A stretch of 63,946 bases of DNA, counting the filler, from Octopus bimaculoides (Eukaryota), in the NCBI RefSeq assembly GCF_001194135.2. It is 7 parts of 6 records of this genome, joined end to end, with 100 filler letters (N's around TTAATTAATTAA, not from the genome) between each part and the next. Parts side by side here need not be neighbours in the genome. Positions count along the whole stretch, not along the records: positions 9,603 to 29,537 come from NC_068985.1; positions 29,638 to 52,244 come from NC_068981.1; 5 more parts are not named here. One strand, written 5' to 3'. The first letter of the stretch is position 1, and every line of letters starts with the position of its first letter. The position numbers and the translations under genes were made by a program. Below, in pieces: positions 25,071 through 37,150 of the stretch. The notes under the pieces are model-generated. The model made no database searches. It worked only from the letters and a program-made list of their open reading frames with translations, and was not told the DNA's origin.

Positions 25071-25205
25071 ACTGTGTTTCTCATAGATGGAAGCCCGCGT
25101 GGTTTGAAAAAAAGAAAAAAAAAAAAAAGGCGGACAAATTTTCATGTTTTTAAAAGAGTTAAAATGATTCCCAATTTCTAAACTTGTTAGAAACTCATCT
25201 TTTGA

Positions 25206-25812
25206 TGAAGCGAGCTGGCAGAAACGTTAGCAAGCCGGGCGAAATGCTTAGCAGTATTTCGTCTGCCGTTACGTTCTGAGTTCAAATTCCGCCGAGGTCG
25301 ACTTTGCCTTTCATCCTTTCGGGGTCGATAAATTAAGTACCAGTTACGCACTGTCTGTCCTTGTTTGTCCCCTCTATGTTTAGCCCCTTGTGGGCAATAA
25401 NNNNNNNNNNNNNNNNNNNNNNNNNNNNNNNNNNNNNNNNNNNNNNNNNNNNNNNNNNNNNNNNNNNNNNNNNNNNNNNNNNNNNNNCGTTACGTTCTGA
25501 GTTCAAATTCCGCCGAGGTCGACTTTGCCTTTCATCCTTTTGGGGTCGATAAATTAAGTACCAGTTGCGCACTGGGGTCGATGTAATCGACTTAATCCCT
25601 TTGTCTGTCCTTGTTTGTCCCCTCTATGTTTAGCCCCTTGTGGGCAATAACGAAATAGGTATTTCGTCTGCCGTTACGTTCTGAGTTCAAATTCCGCCGA
25701 GGTCGACTTTGCCTTTCATCCTTTCGGGGTCGATAAATTAAGTACCAGTTACGCACTGTCTGTCCTTGTTTGTCCCCTCTATGTTTAGCCCCTTGTGGGC
25801 AATAAAGAAATA
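25206..25812 (+). mobile_element. Tandem concatemer of Meta-domain-like SINE units flanked by a 17-bp TSD
   Basis: AGAAACTCATCTTTTGA at 25189-25205 and 25813-25829; three SINE bodies and a 108-N gap between them. Confidence 0.8.
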
Positions 25813-25829
25813 AGAAACTCATCTTTTGA

Positions 25830-25975
25830 ACTGCGGTCAGGCCGCAGTACTTATTTTCATTGATAAGTATTTTTATCATTCCGTTAGCCAAACCGCTAAG
25901 TTATGGGGGACGTAAGCAAACTAACACCAGTTGTCAAGCGGGGAGGGCAGAAACAAACGCAAAGGCACCCACCTG
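25830..25975 (-). mobile_element. CORE-like SINE 3' remnant
   Basis: GCCAAACCGCTAAGTTATGGGGGACGTAAGCAAACTAACACCAGTTGTCAAGC. Confidence 0.6.
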
Positions 25976-26144
25976 TACAAACGCGCGCGCACACACACAC
26001 ACATACACACACACACACACACACAAATACATACATATACATACATGGAGGCAATGCGTGGCGTTCGATCCTATAATAACATAAATAATATATAATTATA
26101 TGCATATATTCATACATATATGTACATACCGACATCTATATGTA

Positions 26145-26498
26145 TACATACAAGCATATATGGGTACAAGACATCACAAAAAACGTTAAACACAATGAGA
26201 AACGAAAACATAAAGACGAGGACAGAAAACGAACATTTTTTTCGAACAACGAAAAAAACAGAGAAACGAGACATGCAACATAAAGAATATTTCCCTTCAT
26301 CAGTTGTCCCTGCTCCATCTACTCCGCGTTTCGAAACGGAAGAAGGGTAATATTTTTTATGTTGCATGTCTCGTTTCTCTGTTTGTTTTTTTCGTTATTC
26401 CAAAAAAAGTTCGTTTTCTGTCCTCGTCTTTATGTTTTCGTTTCTCATTGTGTTTAACGATTTTTGTGATGTCCTGTACCAATATATGCATCTATGTA
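26145..26498. repeat. Foldback inverted repeat with ~155-bp arms
   Basis: 26145-26298 is the reverse complement of 26342-26498 at about 90% identity; 43-nt spacer. Confidence 0.9.
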
Positions 26499-26967
26499 NN
26501 NNNNNNNNNNNNNNNNNNNNNNNNNNNNNNNNNNNNNNNNNNNNNNNNNNNNNNNNNNNNNNNNNNNNNNNNNNNNNNNNNNNNNNNNNNNNNNNNNNNN
26601 NNNNNNNNNNNNNNNNNNNNNNNNNNNNNNNNNNNNNNNNNNNNNNNNNNNNNNNNNNNNNNNNNNNNNNNNNNNNNNNNNNNNNNNNNNNNNNNNNNNN
26701 NNNNNNNNNNNNNNNNNNNNNNNNNNNNNNNNNNNNNNNNNNNNNNNNNNNNNNNNNNNNNNNNNNNNNNNNNNNNNNNNNNNNNNNNNNNNNNNNNNNN
26801 NNNNNNNNNNNNNNNNNNNNNNNNNNNNNNNNNNNNNNNNNNNNNNNNNNNNNNNNNNNNNNNNNNNNNNNNNNNNNNNNNNNNNNNNNNNNNNNNNNNN
26901 NNNNNNNNNNNNNNNNNNNNNNNNNNNNNNNNNNNNNNNNNNNNNNNNNNNNNNNNNNNNNNNNNNG

Positions 26968-27265
26968 TTTATTGAGCGAAAACACCTAAGGCTCCACGAG
27001 GATCCGGCAGGGGATGGTGGCGAACCCTGCTGTACTCTTTCACCACAACTTTCTCTCACTCTTACTTCCTGTTTCTGTTGTGCCTGTAATTCAAAGGGTC
27101 AGCCTTGTCACACTGTGTCACGCTGAATATCCCCGAGAACTACGTTAGGGGTACACGTGTCTGTGGAGTGCTCAACCATTTGCACGTTAATTTCACGAGC
27201 AGGCTGTTCCATTGATCGGATCAACTGGGACCCTCGACGTCGTAAGCGACGGAGTGCCAACAACA
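26968..27265 (+). mobile_element. OR1-like SINE, head lost in gap
   Basis: Reverse complement of 27865-28160; ends GGAGTGCCAACAACA. Confidence 0.85.
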
Positions 27266-27564
27266 GCATTAATAAAGTGCTGTATTGGTGGTGGTGGTGG
27301 GGGGGGAGCGAAACAATACGTTCTCTAAACATTTTGGTGGGAGGGGAGAGGGTTGGTGGAATTTATTAGTTTAAAAACCATTGTCTTAGAAGAAGAAAAA
27401 AGAAAATTAAGTTGTAGAAGACAGAGAGTAGGAAAAGGAGGAGGAGAAGAGTAGGAGGAAAAGAAGACGAAGAAGTAGAAGCAAAAGAAAAGAAGGAAGA
27501 AGAAAGCGGAGGAGAAAAAAAAGAGAGAAAAAAAAGGAAAAGAAAGAAATGAAGAAAGAAAAAA

Positions 27565-29050
27565 GTAATAGAAACATTGTTCGTACATTCAAGGAGGCAA
27601 CAAAGATGAAAGTGGGACACACAAAATTAAGGTCAACAAGTCTTTGTTCTCTTTCAGAATTGCCTCGCATTCAACTGGAGCTTCTCTCGCTGAAATGTTG
27701 TTCAAACGTCACTTACCGTCTGCTTTTCATTGCTCAAGCCATCGAGTTCTACGAAATCAATATATATAGCGGAACAAAGAGCGAAGATATTACAGCCGTT
27801 GCATATGTTTTAGAAAGGACGATCGTATTCTTGTACGGAATTTTGAAGCTGGTGAACGATGGGTATGTTGGCACTCCGTCGCTTACGACGTCGAGGGTTC
27901 CAGTTGATCCGATCAACGGAACAGCCTGCTCGTGAAATTAACGTGCAAGTGGCTGAGCACTCCACAGACACGTGTACCCTTAACGTAGTTCTCGAGGATA
28001 TTCAGCGTGACACAGTGTAACAAAGCTGACCCATTGAATTACAAGCACAACAGAAACAGGAAGTAAGAGTGAGAAAAAGTTGTGGTGGAAGAGTACAGCA
28101 GGGTTCGCCACCATCCCCTGCCGGAGCCTCGAGGAACTTTAGGTGTTTTCGCTCAATAAACACTCACAACGCCCGGTCTGGGAATCGAAACCGCGATTCT
28201 ATGACCGCGAGTCCGCTGCCCTAACCACTCGGCCATTGCGCCTCCACGNNNNNNNNNNNNNNNNNNNNNNNNNNNNNNNNNNNNNNNNNGGGTATGTTGG
28301 CACTCCGTCGCTTACGACGTCGAGGGTTCCAGTTGATCCGATCAACGGAACAGCCTGCTCGTGAAATTAACGTGCAAGTGGCTGAGCACTCCACAGACAC
28401 GTGTACCCTTAACGTAGTTCTCGAGGATATTCAGCGTGACACAGTGTAACAAAGCTGACCCATTGAATTACAAGCACAACAGAAACAGGAAGTAAGAGTG
28501 AGAAAAAGTTGTGGTGGAAGAGTACAGCAGGGTTCGCCACCATCCCCTGCCGGAGCCTCGAGGAACTTTAGGTGTTTTCGCTCAATAAACACTCACAACG
28601 CCCGGTCTGGGAATCGAAACCGCGATTCTATGACCGCGAGTCCGCTGCCCTAACCACTCGGCCATTGCGCCTCCACGAACGATGGGTGGAAGTCATTATA
28701 AAACAACCGAAGGGAACCATAAATTTTGAAGTAAGAGTGGCTAGAAACGTGTTATGACGAAACGTAGTTCAAATTATGAAGTATTGGTGCCTCATGTTCC
28801 TAGAGTTTGCAATAACTGAGATTCCTATTATTCCTAGAATACTTGATATTTCGGAATTGTTACTTGAAATGCCAGGTGAAGTTCCTAAATCGCTTGAGAT
28901 ATCAATTGTGGCTAATTCTCCGTCGTGTAATACTGTGGCCTCTTCCGGTATATCTGAAGCACCGGTTGATCCTAAAGTTCGTAGGAGGCACTTCATAGAC
29001 GTCAATCGCCCTTTAAGTTTAACGATTATGCGTATGGAAGGTGCAGAGGT
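27565..29050 (+). mobile_element. Gypsy-type LTR retrotransposon integrase C-terminal remnant interrupted by a SINE
   Basis: IVRTFKEA...LFSFRIASHSTGASLAEMLFKRHL...FRKDDRILVRNFEAGERW, then after the SINE VEVIIKQPKGTINFEVRV...RNVVQI. A purine-rich stretch followed by TGTTAC at ~29050 may be the PPT/LTR start. Confidence 0.75.
27865..28676 (-). mobile_element. OR1-like tRNA(Arg)-headed SINE (~383 bp), written twice across a gap, with 11-bp TSD
   Basis: Head GTGGAGGCGCAATGGCCGAGTGGTTAGGGCAGCGGACTCGCGG...GGTTTCGATTCCC (A/B boxes, TCG anticodon). TSD GAACGATGGGT at 27854-27864 and 28677-28687. Confidence 0.9.
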
Positions 29051-29199
29051 GTTACGCCGACAAGAACATGGTGGTAGGAGAAAGAATACAGTGTATATAT
29101 GTGTGTGCGTGCGTGTGTATGTGTGTGTGTAGGGGGAGAGAAAGAGAAAGAGAGGGGATAGATAGATAAATAGATAGATGCGTAGATAGATAGATAGAT

Positions 29200-29380
29200 T
29201 AAGGCGGCGATCTGGCAGAAACGTTAGCACGCCGGGCGAAATGCATAGCGGTATTTCGTCTGCCGTTACGTTCTGAGTTCAAATTCCGCCGAGCTGGACT
29301 TTGCCTTTCATCCTTTCGGGGTCGATAAATTAAGTACCAGTTACGCACTGGGGTCGATGTAATCGACTTAATCCCTTTGT
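29200..29380 (+). mobile_element. Meta-domain-like SINE, well preserved
   Basis: AAGGCGGCGATCTGGCAGAAACGTTAGC...GAGTTCAAATTCC...CTTTCATCCTTTCGGGGTCGATAAATTAAGTACCAG. Confidence 0.85.
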
Positions 29381-30393
29381 GATTGGTCGGTAGATATGTT
29401 TTTAGAAAGTTTTCCTGCTAAAGATATTTCAGAAAAGTTTATTTTAAATTCAAAGTTATTTATTATATTAAAAAAAATCTTTTAAAATCGCTGAATAACA
29501 TAGACCTGATGGAAGAAAGTTCTCACGTAAGTACTGTNNNNNNNNNNNNNNNNNNNNNNNNNNNNNNNNNNNNNNNNNNNNTTAATTAATTAANNNNNNN
29601 NNNNNNNNNNNNNNNNNNNNNNNNNNNNNNNNNNNNNTATATATATATATATATATTTATATATATGTGTGTGTTTGTGTGTGTGTATGTGTGTGTGTGT
29701 GTGTGTGTGTGCGTGTGTGTGTGTGTGTGTGAATGTACACCCATATATGAGTTAAAGAATTTACGTAGAAATCTAATATAACGTATAGCGGATATATCCA
29801 CGATATTTGCATGATATTGGATGTTGCTCAACACTGACTTATTGTTGTGTCGATATTCCCCCACTCATGGAATCAGAATGAATAAGAAGTCTTTGATCCT
29901 GATAATGTAAATATTTATGCATGTTATTCAATTACATTAACCGAGTCAATTGATTCAGCAACCGTGTGGTGGTTAAACAATGATGTTTCTTTTCGCTATA
30001 TTACCCCGTATGATTATTCATATTTGACCTATTTTCCAACTCTTTCTCAGATGTATGTTTCAACATCAAATGTCACCCCCATATCATACCTTGTATATTA
30101 TCTTATATTCTTTCTATTTCATATATGCTGCTGTGTTACATATTTCAAACGGTTAGAGTGAGCTCTTGTTAAATTTTAAGCATTGTGAGTTGTCGACTTG
30201 ATGGCATCTTATCTAATGAAATTAATCCTAAGATACATGATTCTATAAAGTTTCCTGAATTTATAAGCTTCCCTTTTGATCATATATAACCTTATCTACT
30301 ACTTCACTTCCTCATTCAAATCTACTTTCTAAAATATCTCTACATAACAAAAGTCACTTACTTATTGGTATTTGTTTTAATCTAAATATTATT

Positions 30394-31260
30394 CAGGGTG
30401 TTTCAAACAATTTGATATCATTTGCGATGTAAATATCACAGAAACTACATGGTCAAATGAAATGAAACTAAATAGGCTTAATGTTGAGCAACATACGAAT
30501 TATTACTCCAAATTGGAATGAGAAATTCAAGGGTATGTCGATTCCATGAATGACTTCACAAAAGTTCAATATACACACCGACTGAAACACAGCACACGTC
30601 ATGTCTCTAGTCCAGCTCCTCCCAAAAACGCTGCAGTATGTCATGGCTAACAGTCTCCAGTGCTGTAGTTTTTCTCTGCTCGAGTTCCTCAAAGCTTGCA
30701 AGAAGAGGGGGGTACAGACCAGGCCCTTCACATAGCCCCATGTTTGTGCTTTCGCTTGTCATCTTCCGTTGTGGCCTGAACAAGCTGCAGCTTGTAAGGT
30801 TTCATTAGCAAGCGTCTCCTAAGGACGTGCCAAACTGCAGTTGATGGAATCTGGGTTTCCAGACTTGTTCTTCTTAAGGACATTTTTGGGCTTTGCAAGA
30901 GTTTTGGTGAACTCGCTCGACCGTCTTTTCCGATGTTAGTGGTCATCCAGATCCTTTTGCCCTGCACAGATTGTCTTCCTCTTTTTTGTGACAAGTCCAA
31001 ATCTGCATTGCCGTTGATGATCTTTTAGAGAACTTATTACAAATACACGCTGCACAATCTTGTTCGAGTGTGTTCCAGCTTACTCCAATAAACAAAACGC
31101 CTCTTCTCTTCCAGTGAATGTTATTTCTATAAGTGAGAAGATAAAAATATCAAATATTAAACATAAGAGGTTGCCAATGCTCTTAATATTTGAAATCATT
31201 TGAACATGAACTGCTAAAGTTATTAGATTGTGAAAAAATATCAAATTTTATGAAACCCTA
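30394..31260 (-). mobile_element. Internally deleted Tc1/mariner-superfamily DNA transposon
   Basis: TIRs CAGGGTGTTTCAAACAATTTGATATC and ATATCAAATTTTATGAAACCCTA. Transposase HTH SPKMSLRRTSLETQIPSTAVWHVLRRRLLMKPYKLQLVQ joined directly to a C-terminal remnant; catalytic core missing. Confidence 0.8.
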
Positions 31261-32395
31261 TAATTAGTTTAGATATAAATTAAACGTAGACTGATATTTC
31301 CGAGACAGAATCAAACATCTACCATAAATGTGATATTCTAATAGATTGAATAGATTAAATTTTGGCTAATAAATATTTGCTTCACTGCATAATTTATACG
31401 GAAACAAAACGTGATGTACCGACGCGAAGTTAAGCAGCTGGAAATACATTATCTTTGCGAAGAGCACAATGCAGACACACTACATTTAGATGTTTTTCTT
31501 TTAACATAGTTTTCTCCAAAGTGAATGTCAATGTTGCGTGTTACATCACTTCCAACTTTGTTAATAGTAATGTTAAACCGTTTTAAATTTCGTTACGTTA
31601 ACTATACATTTCCATGAGAGAATCACGTTTTATTGTAAGAATGGTTAAAATGGAATATATGTAATGAATGAATTTTCTCAATACACGAGCATACGTTTCG
31701 ATCGCAGGTGTGGATTTCTTTGTTTTACATAGGATAGTGATATTAAATTTCATTTGGCAAATGTACAACGTTTAAATGTTAAGTAGCATGAAAATTCCTC
31801 ACGAAACGAATAAAAGGAGTCATATATAAATCAGCATATTTGCGATGTTGTGTATTGTTAAATTTAAATCCGAACAAAGAATTTACTTCAAATAAAATCA
31901 TATACAAGAAATTGTATAAATTCTCAAAGACAGAGAAACAGAGAGACAGTGACAGAGAGAGATAGAGTCAGACAGGCAGACAGAGAGACTCAAATCACTA
32001 ATTACATTACTCACACTAATAGAAATCAAACAATATAAAATCATACGATTGAATTTAGATACTTAATGCCATAACAGATGAAAACCATCTTTTCTATCAC
32101 ACAAATACGCTAAAGAATAAACAAACCATCTGGATAATTGATGTTAAAGTTTTCAGCTTTTCAATGTATAGCGAATGTTAGAAGAATTTTTGGTTTTACA
32201 ATACATGGAATGGATTTATGCGTTAATTAAACTTATTTAGATCCAATGAAGCTTATGCAATTTAAAATTATCAACGATCTGTTTCGACGAACATTGTACA
32301 CTACAAATACATCTTACTCACTCTCTTTGTCTATCCCACACATATGCCACATATATAATATAGCGCCGATGTACACGTGTTTCAATACATATAAA

Positions 32396-32435
<40 letters not shown>

Positions 32436-33021
32436 NNNNNNNNNNNNNNNNNNNNNNNNNNNNNNNNNNNNNNNNNNNNNNNNNNNNNNNNNNNNNNNNN
32501 NNNNNNNNNNNNNNNNNNNNNNNNNNNNNNNNNNNNNNNNNNNNNNNNNNNNNNNNNNNNNNNNNNNNNNNNNNNNNNNNNNNNNNNNNNNNNNNNNNNN
32601 NNNNNNNNNNNNNNNNNNNNNNNNNNNNNNNNNNNNNNNNNNNNNNNNNNNNNNNNNNNNNNNNNNNNNNNNNNNNNNNNNNNNNNNNNNNNNNNNNNNN
32701 NNNNNNNNNNNNNNNNNNNNNNNNNNNNNNNNNNNNNNNNNNNNNNNNNNNNNNNNNNNNNNNNNNNNNNNNNNNNNNNNNNNNNNNNNNNNNNNNNNNN
32801 NNNNNNNNNNNNNNNNNNNNNNNNNNNNNNNNNNNNNNNNNNNNNNNNNNNNNNNNNNNNNNNNNNNNNNNNNNNNNNNNNNNNNNNNNNNNNNNNNNNN
32901 NNNNNNNNNNNNNNNNNNNNNNNNNNNNNNNNNNNNNNNNNNNNNNNNNNNNNNNNNNNNNNNNNNNNNNNNNNNNNNNNNNNNNNNNNNNNNNNNNATA
33001 TATATATATATATATATATAT

Positions 33022-33300
33022 ACCACTGCATACCTCTCCCGCTTTCTTTCGATGGAATAGAGTAGTAGCTCTTTCAATCTGTCCCAGTAGCTCAGTCGTT
33101 CCATTGATGTAATTTTCCTTGTGTAATGCCGTTGGATTTCTTCAGGATCTGGTAGTATAAGGTGACTATAGCTGAGAGCAGTAGTCCAGTCGGATGAGGA
33201 TAAATGACTTCCATAATGCCATAATAGTTTCTTGGTCCCATGTCTGGAAGGTTCTTAGAATCCAACCAACCACTCTTCTGGATACCGCTACCACTTTGTT
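33022..33300 (-). mobile_element. CR1/L2-like LINE post-RT fragment
   Basis: GWILRTFQTWDQETIMALWKSFILIRLDYCSQL and SYWDRLKELLLYSIERKRERYAV. Confidence 0.8.
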
Positions 33301-33479
33301 GATTATGCTATGGTAATTAAAATATATGAGATGAACGTAATACGTTGAAGTGCTGAAGTAAGTTTTGAGTGATGATTCTCCAATATAAGGGATTAGAAGG
33401 AGAAAGAAAAACTGTAAAATTTTATAAGAATAGTTGCCAGACACTCAAAATTAATTTCAGAAGAAATTCGGCACTAAGT

Positions 33480-33830
33480 ATTTTTCTGACAAGTGCATCA
33501 CCAAAGTAATGACACATAGACCAGAATATGTTGGATCATAGGAGGGTCACTTGTAGTTTTGCTTAAATAGCCACAAGCCTTATTTTATGACTCCAGATGG
33601 GTGGAACATTGCTGCACTAGCCAACTACATATGGCATTTATCTGAACATGGGACATTAAACAGGATTTCATGGCAGCTCCTGGAGCAGTACGGGCCATAT
33701 CTGAAAGTGGTAAACGATGTAAACTTTGCCTGGCTGAGAGGGTATTGCTCAGAAAAATTCACAAATCCGTGTCATCTTAAGCTTAAAACAAAATGAAACT
33801 GTTTCCCAATGCATTGTTGTTTGAGTGAAC
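33480..33830 (+). mobile_element. Penelope-like element GIY-YIG endonuclease remnant
   Basis: EYVG (33524-33535), ALANYIWHL...ISWQLLEQYGPY and, after a frameshift, KRCKLCLAE (33712-33738). Confidence 0.7.
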
Positions 33831-34069
33831 GGAAATTTTATATAAATTGATACTTTAAGATCAACTGGAACGTTTAAAAAGGATGTATCCCCATCTGTCC
33901 CAGAAGGCGATTTCGCTTCGAAAAATTTCGTTTCAAGGATTCTTTCTATCATTAAGTGAACCAAAACTGTATATTTGCCTCCACAAATAAACAGATTATT
34001 TGTCATCTATATTGCTAAATGCAATAATTGACATGAAATCAATGGTAACTTGCTGACTGCCCATATATA

Positions 34070-34230
34070 TATAAGCAATAATACATCTCTGAACGAGGTA
34101 TAAACAGTAGCTACACGACAACGTGAAGTATATTGGCCACTTAAATGCGGCTAACCACTAGAGGTCAATGCTACTGTAGCTTGTAACCCCAGGAGAACAA
34201 CCTTCTGTGCCGTATCAATATTTGCAAAGG
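34070..34230. repeat. ~150-bp interspersed repeat next to (TA)n; second copy at 44922-45065
   Basis: Shared TAAGCAAT...AACAGTA(G/A)CT(A/G)CACGA...GTATATTG(G)CCACTTAA...CCCCAGGAG. Confidence 0.65.
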
Positions 34231-34422
34231 GAAGTCATCCTTCCCATCCTTCCCATCCTTCCCTTCACGTTGTCGTTATAAACTAGTTATAAATTAGCCG
34301 GTTTGGAAAAGAGTTACTTGTATCGTGTCTTATAAGTTGTAATAATGAAGTCAAATTATCATTATTTGGTTTGCCTTCATTATTACAATATATATGTATA
34401 TATGTGTGTGTGCGCGTGTATG

Positions 34423-34462
<40 letters not shown>

Positions 34463-35551
34463 CATACATATACATATATGAAGTAATTCTCACTGATTTC
34501 CATAATCTCACTTTTTTCACTCTTTCACTGTTAAAATATTTTATAACAAGCATGTTTGAATTCCTCAATAATATTTCTGTATAAATTTTGAACAGGTTAC
34601 TTTAGCTCATTATAATGTTCTACCAGCCATTAAACGCAAAACACAGCACATCCGTTTTCAGATATGATTGATCAGTAAAAAGTCAAGTCAGACGTCATAA
34701 AATAGACACTTCTCAAAAATTTATATGCAAAACATTTGAAATGTTCAAAATCATTTATTATTGTCAAATAAATAAATAAATTTAAAAAATGTAAATAAAA
34801 TTAATAAAATACAAAATCTTTTGTGAAAGAAATTTTCTTAATATTTCGCTTATTTTTTCTGAAGATGATTTTGGTAAATTTTAAATACTGAAATGTTTGC
34901 TCATTTATCAGTGTTCATATTGATTATCTCATTTTGATATACTCTTTTTTTAAATTCAAATTGCAGTTTAAATTAAACTTGCAGTGGCTAAGTGGGTAAC
35001 TGGCGCAACTTGTAATGTGTTATTGTCGAAGTTCATAATGTATAGAATTTTTCCAATTTACTCCTCATGTCCTTCTAAAATATATATGGTATATGATATT
35101 CTTAAATACTGAAAATAAGGCATACAAATATATTTTTAGGGAAACAAATCCAAATGTTAAATGAGTAAGAACAAGCAATCGAAGTTCAAACTACAATAAC
35201 TAGATAAAATAAAGATAAAATAAGGAGGTGGAACATGAATCGGGGATCGTATTTTTTCCTTCTGCAATGAATATATATAACCTGGTTCTAACCGTCTTCC
35301 AGATACATATACTATGCTATGAATGATATAGTCATTTCATGATAGGATGAATGATTGCATGTACTAAGAGTCAAATCATTTTCACTAGTTCGAGTTACTC
35401 AAGGTACTAAAACATATTTTGTTTCCAGTTTATATTTTATGGAGGTGTGATTACATACTCAATAGTAAATAATCAGGTATTCCAAATTAGAGCATGTCAT
35501 ATGAATATGTATTTGTATATATGTGTGTATGGGTGTATACATAGACACACA

Positions 35552-35611
<60 letters not shown>

Positions 35612-35617
35612 AAAATT

Positions 35618-35675
<58 letters not shown>

Positions 35676-35789
35676 CTTGCAAATGGATACGTGGCGTTCA
35701 ATCATATAATAATATAAATAATATGTGTATGCATATATACATACGTATATGTACACAGATATATACTTACATATATACTTATATACATA

Positions 35790-36400
35790 TGCATATGTGG
35801 GCACACAACGTCACAGAACGTAAACAACGAAAAATACGAAAATATGGAATACGAAATACGAATACAATGAATATGAACTACTTTGCGAACAACAAAGGAA
35901 ACAGATAGGAAACAAGACATAAAGAACAACCGTTCATCAGTTGATGGCTGTTTTTTTTTCTAGTCCGTATTTCGAGGATTCCATGACAAGATATGCCTAC
36001 GATAAAACATGCTCTCGCAAAGCAAATTAAGTAGAATTTGGGATTTTGCAGAATGTCAAGATTAGTAACAAAGCAGAATAGTGAAAACAAGGAGGCAGGA
36101 CTGCTAAGCCTAAACGAAGTGAATTAGTGAACCCGAAGAAGCTAGCTTGGGCAGGTGACAGACACAAAAATACGATTGGTTGCTACAGCTGTATCAGGGG
36201 GAAAGAAAGAAACACAATTTAAGGAAAGAAACGTGGTCGATGGTCACGTAGGAACCACGAGAGATATTAAGAAGAGTGAGGGAGAGAGAGTGACAGACAG
36301 AGAAGAGCGAAGGTGAGAGAAAAAATAGAGAACGGATAAGAGAGAACAAAAACGAGAGGAGGAGAAGTGGAGATAAACAGAATTAGAGAGAAGAGATAGA
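35790..36400 (-). mobile_element. Non-coding microsatellite-anchored repeat related to 26145-26340, with hammerhead-like motifs
   Basis: CAACGTCACAGAACGTAAACAAC...CATAAAGAACAACCGTTCATCAGTTG...CCGTATTTCGAG parallels 26160-26335. Confidence 0.55.
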
Positions 36401-36994
36401 ACGAAAGAGTGATAGAATAATAGAATAGAACATAATACATTACAAAATGTCCCATGCGCATATACATATACGTATATATCTATGTGCATATACATATTTA
36501 TAATTGCATATAACATTTATATATATATATATGTATATATATGAATATATATATGTATATATATATATATATATACATNNNNNNNNNNNNNNNNNNNNNN
36601 NNNNNNNNNNNNNNNNNNNNNNNNNNNNNNNNNNNNNNNNNNNNNNNNNNNNNNNNNNNNNNNNNNNNNNNNNNNNNNNNNNNNNNNNNNNNNNNNNNNN
36701 NNNNNNNNNNNNNNNNNNNNNNNNNNNNNNNNNNNNNNNNNNNNNNNNNNNNNNNNNNNNNNNNNNNNNNNNNNNNNNNNNNNNNNNNNNNNNNNNNNNN
36801 NNNNNNNNNNNNTATATATATATATATATATATACATATGCACATATATATATATATATATATATACATATAAATATATATATATATATACATATATATA
36901 TAAACATATGTATATACACATATATATAAACATATGTATATACACATATATATAAACATATGTATACATGCATATATATATGTGTGTGCGTGTG

Positions 36995-37150
36995 TAAGGT
37001 GAGTCGGCAAAAAGGGTTAAATTCCGTCGGGTTTGACTTTGCACTACATACTTTCGGTGTCGATAAATTAAGTACCAGTGAAACACTGGGTCGATGTAAT
37101 CGACTAGTCCTCCTCAAAAATATTTCAGGCCTTGTACCTATGTTAGAAAC
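36995..37150 (+). mobile_element. Meta-domain-like SINE, decayed
   Basis: GTCGATAAATTAAGTACCAGTGAAACACTGGGTCGATGTAATCGACTAG. Confidence 0.75.

Noticed and set aside
25206-25812. CRISPR-like repeat array
   Set aside because: Units are long SINE bodies without unique spacers, in a eukaryotic context.
26290-26345. Type II hammerhead using the long foldback as stem II
   Set aside because: The segment between GUA and CUGAUGA is almost all purine and cannot form stem I.
28590-28676. tRNA-Arg gene
   Set aside because: It is the tRNA-derived head of a SINE, with no proper acceptor stem and continuous with the SINE body.
27861-28677. Apparent tandem dimer of the OR1-like SINE
   Set aside because: The two copies look identical, include TSD bases and flank a 41-N gap; likely redundant contig ends.
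28769-29230. 153-aa minus-strand ORF overlapping a 118-aa plus-strand ORF
   Set aside because: Antisense shadow of the low-complexity Gypsy pol C-terminus.
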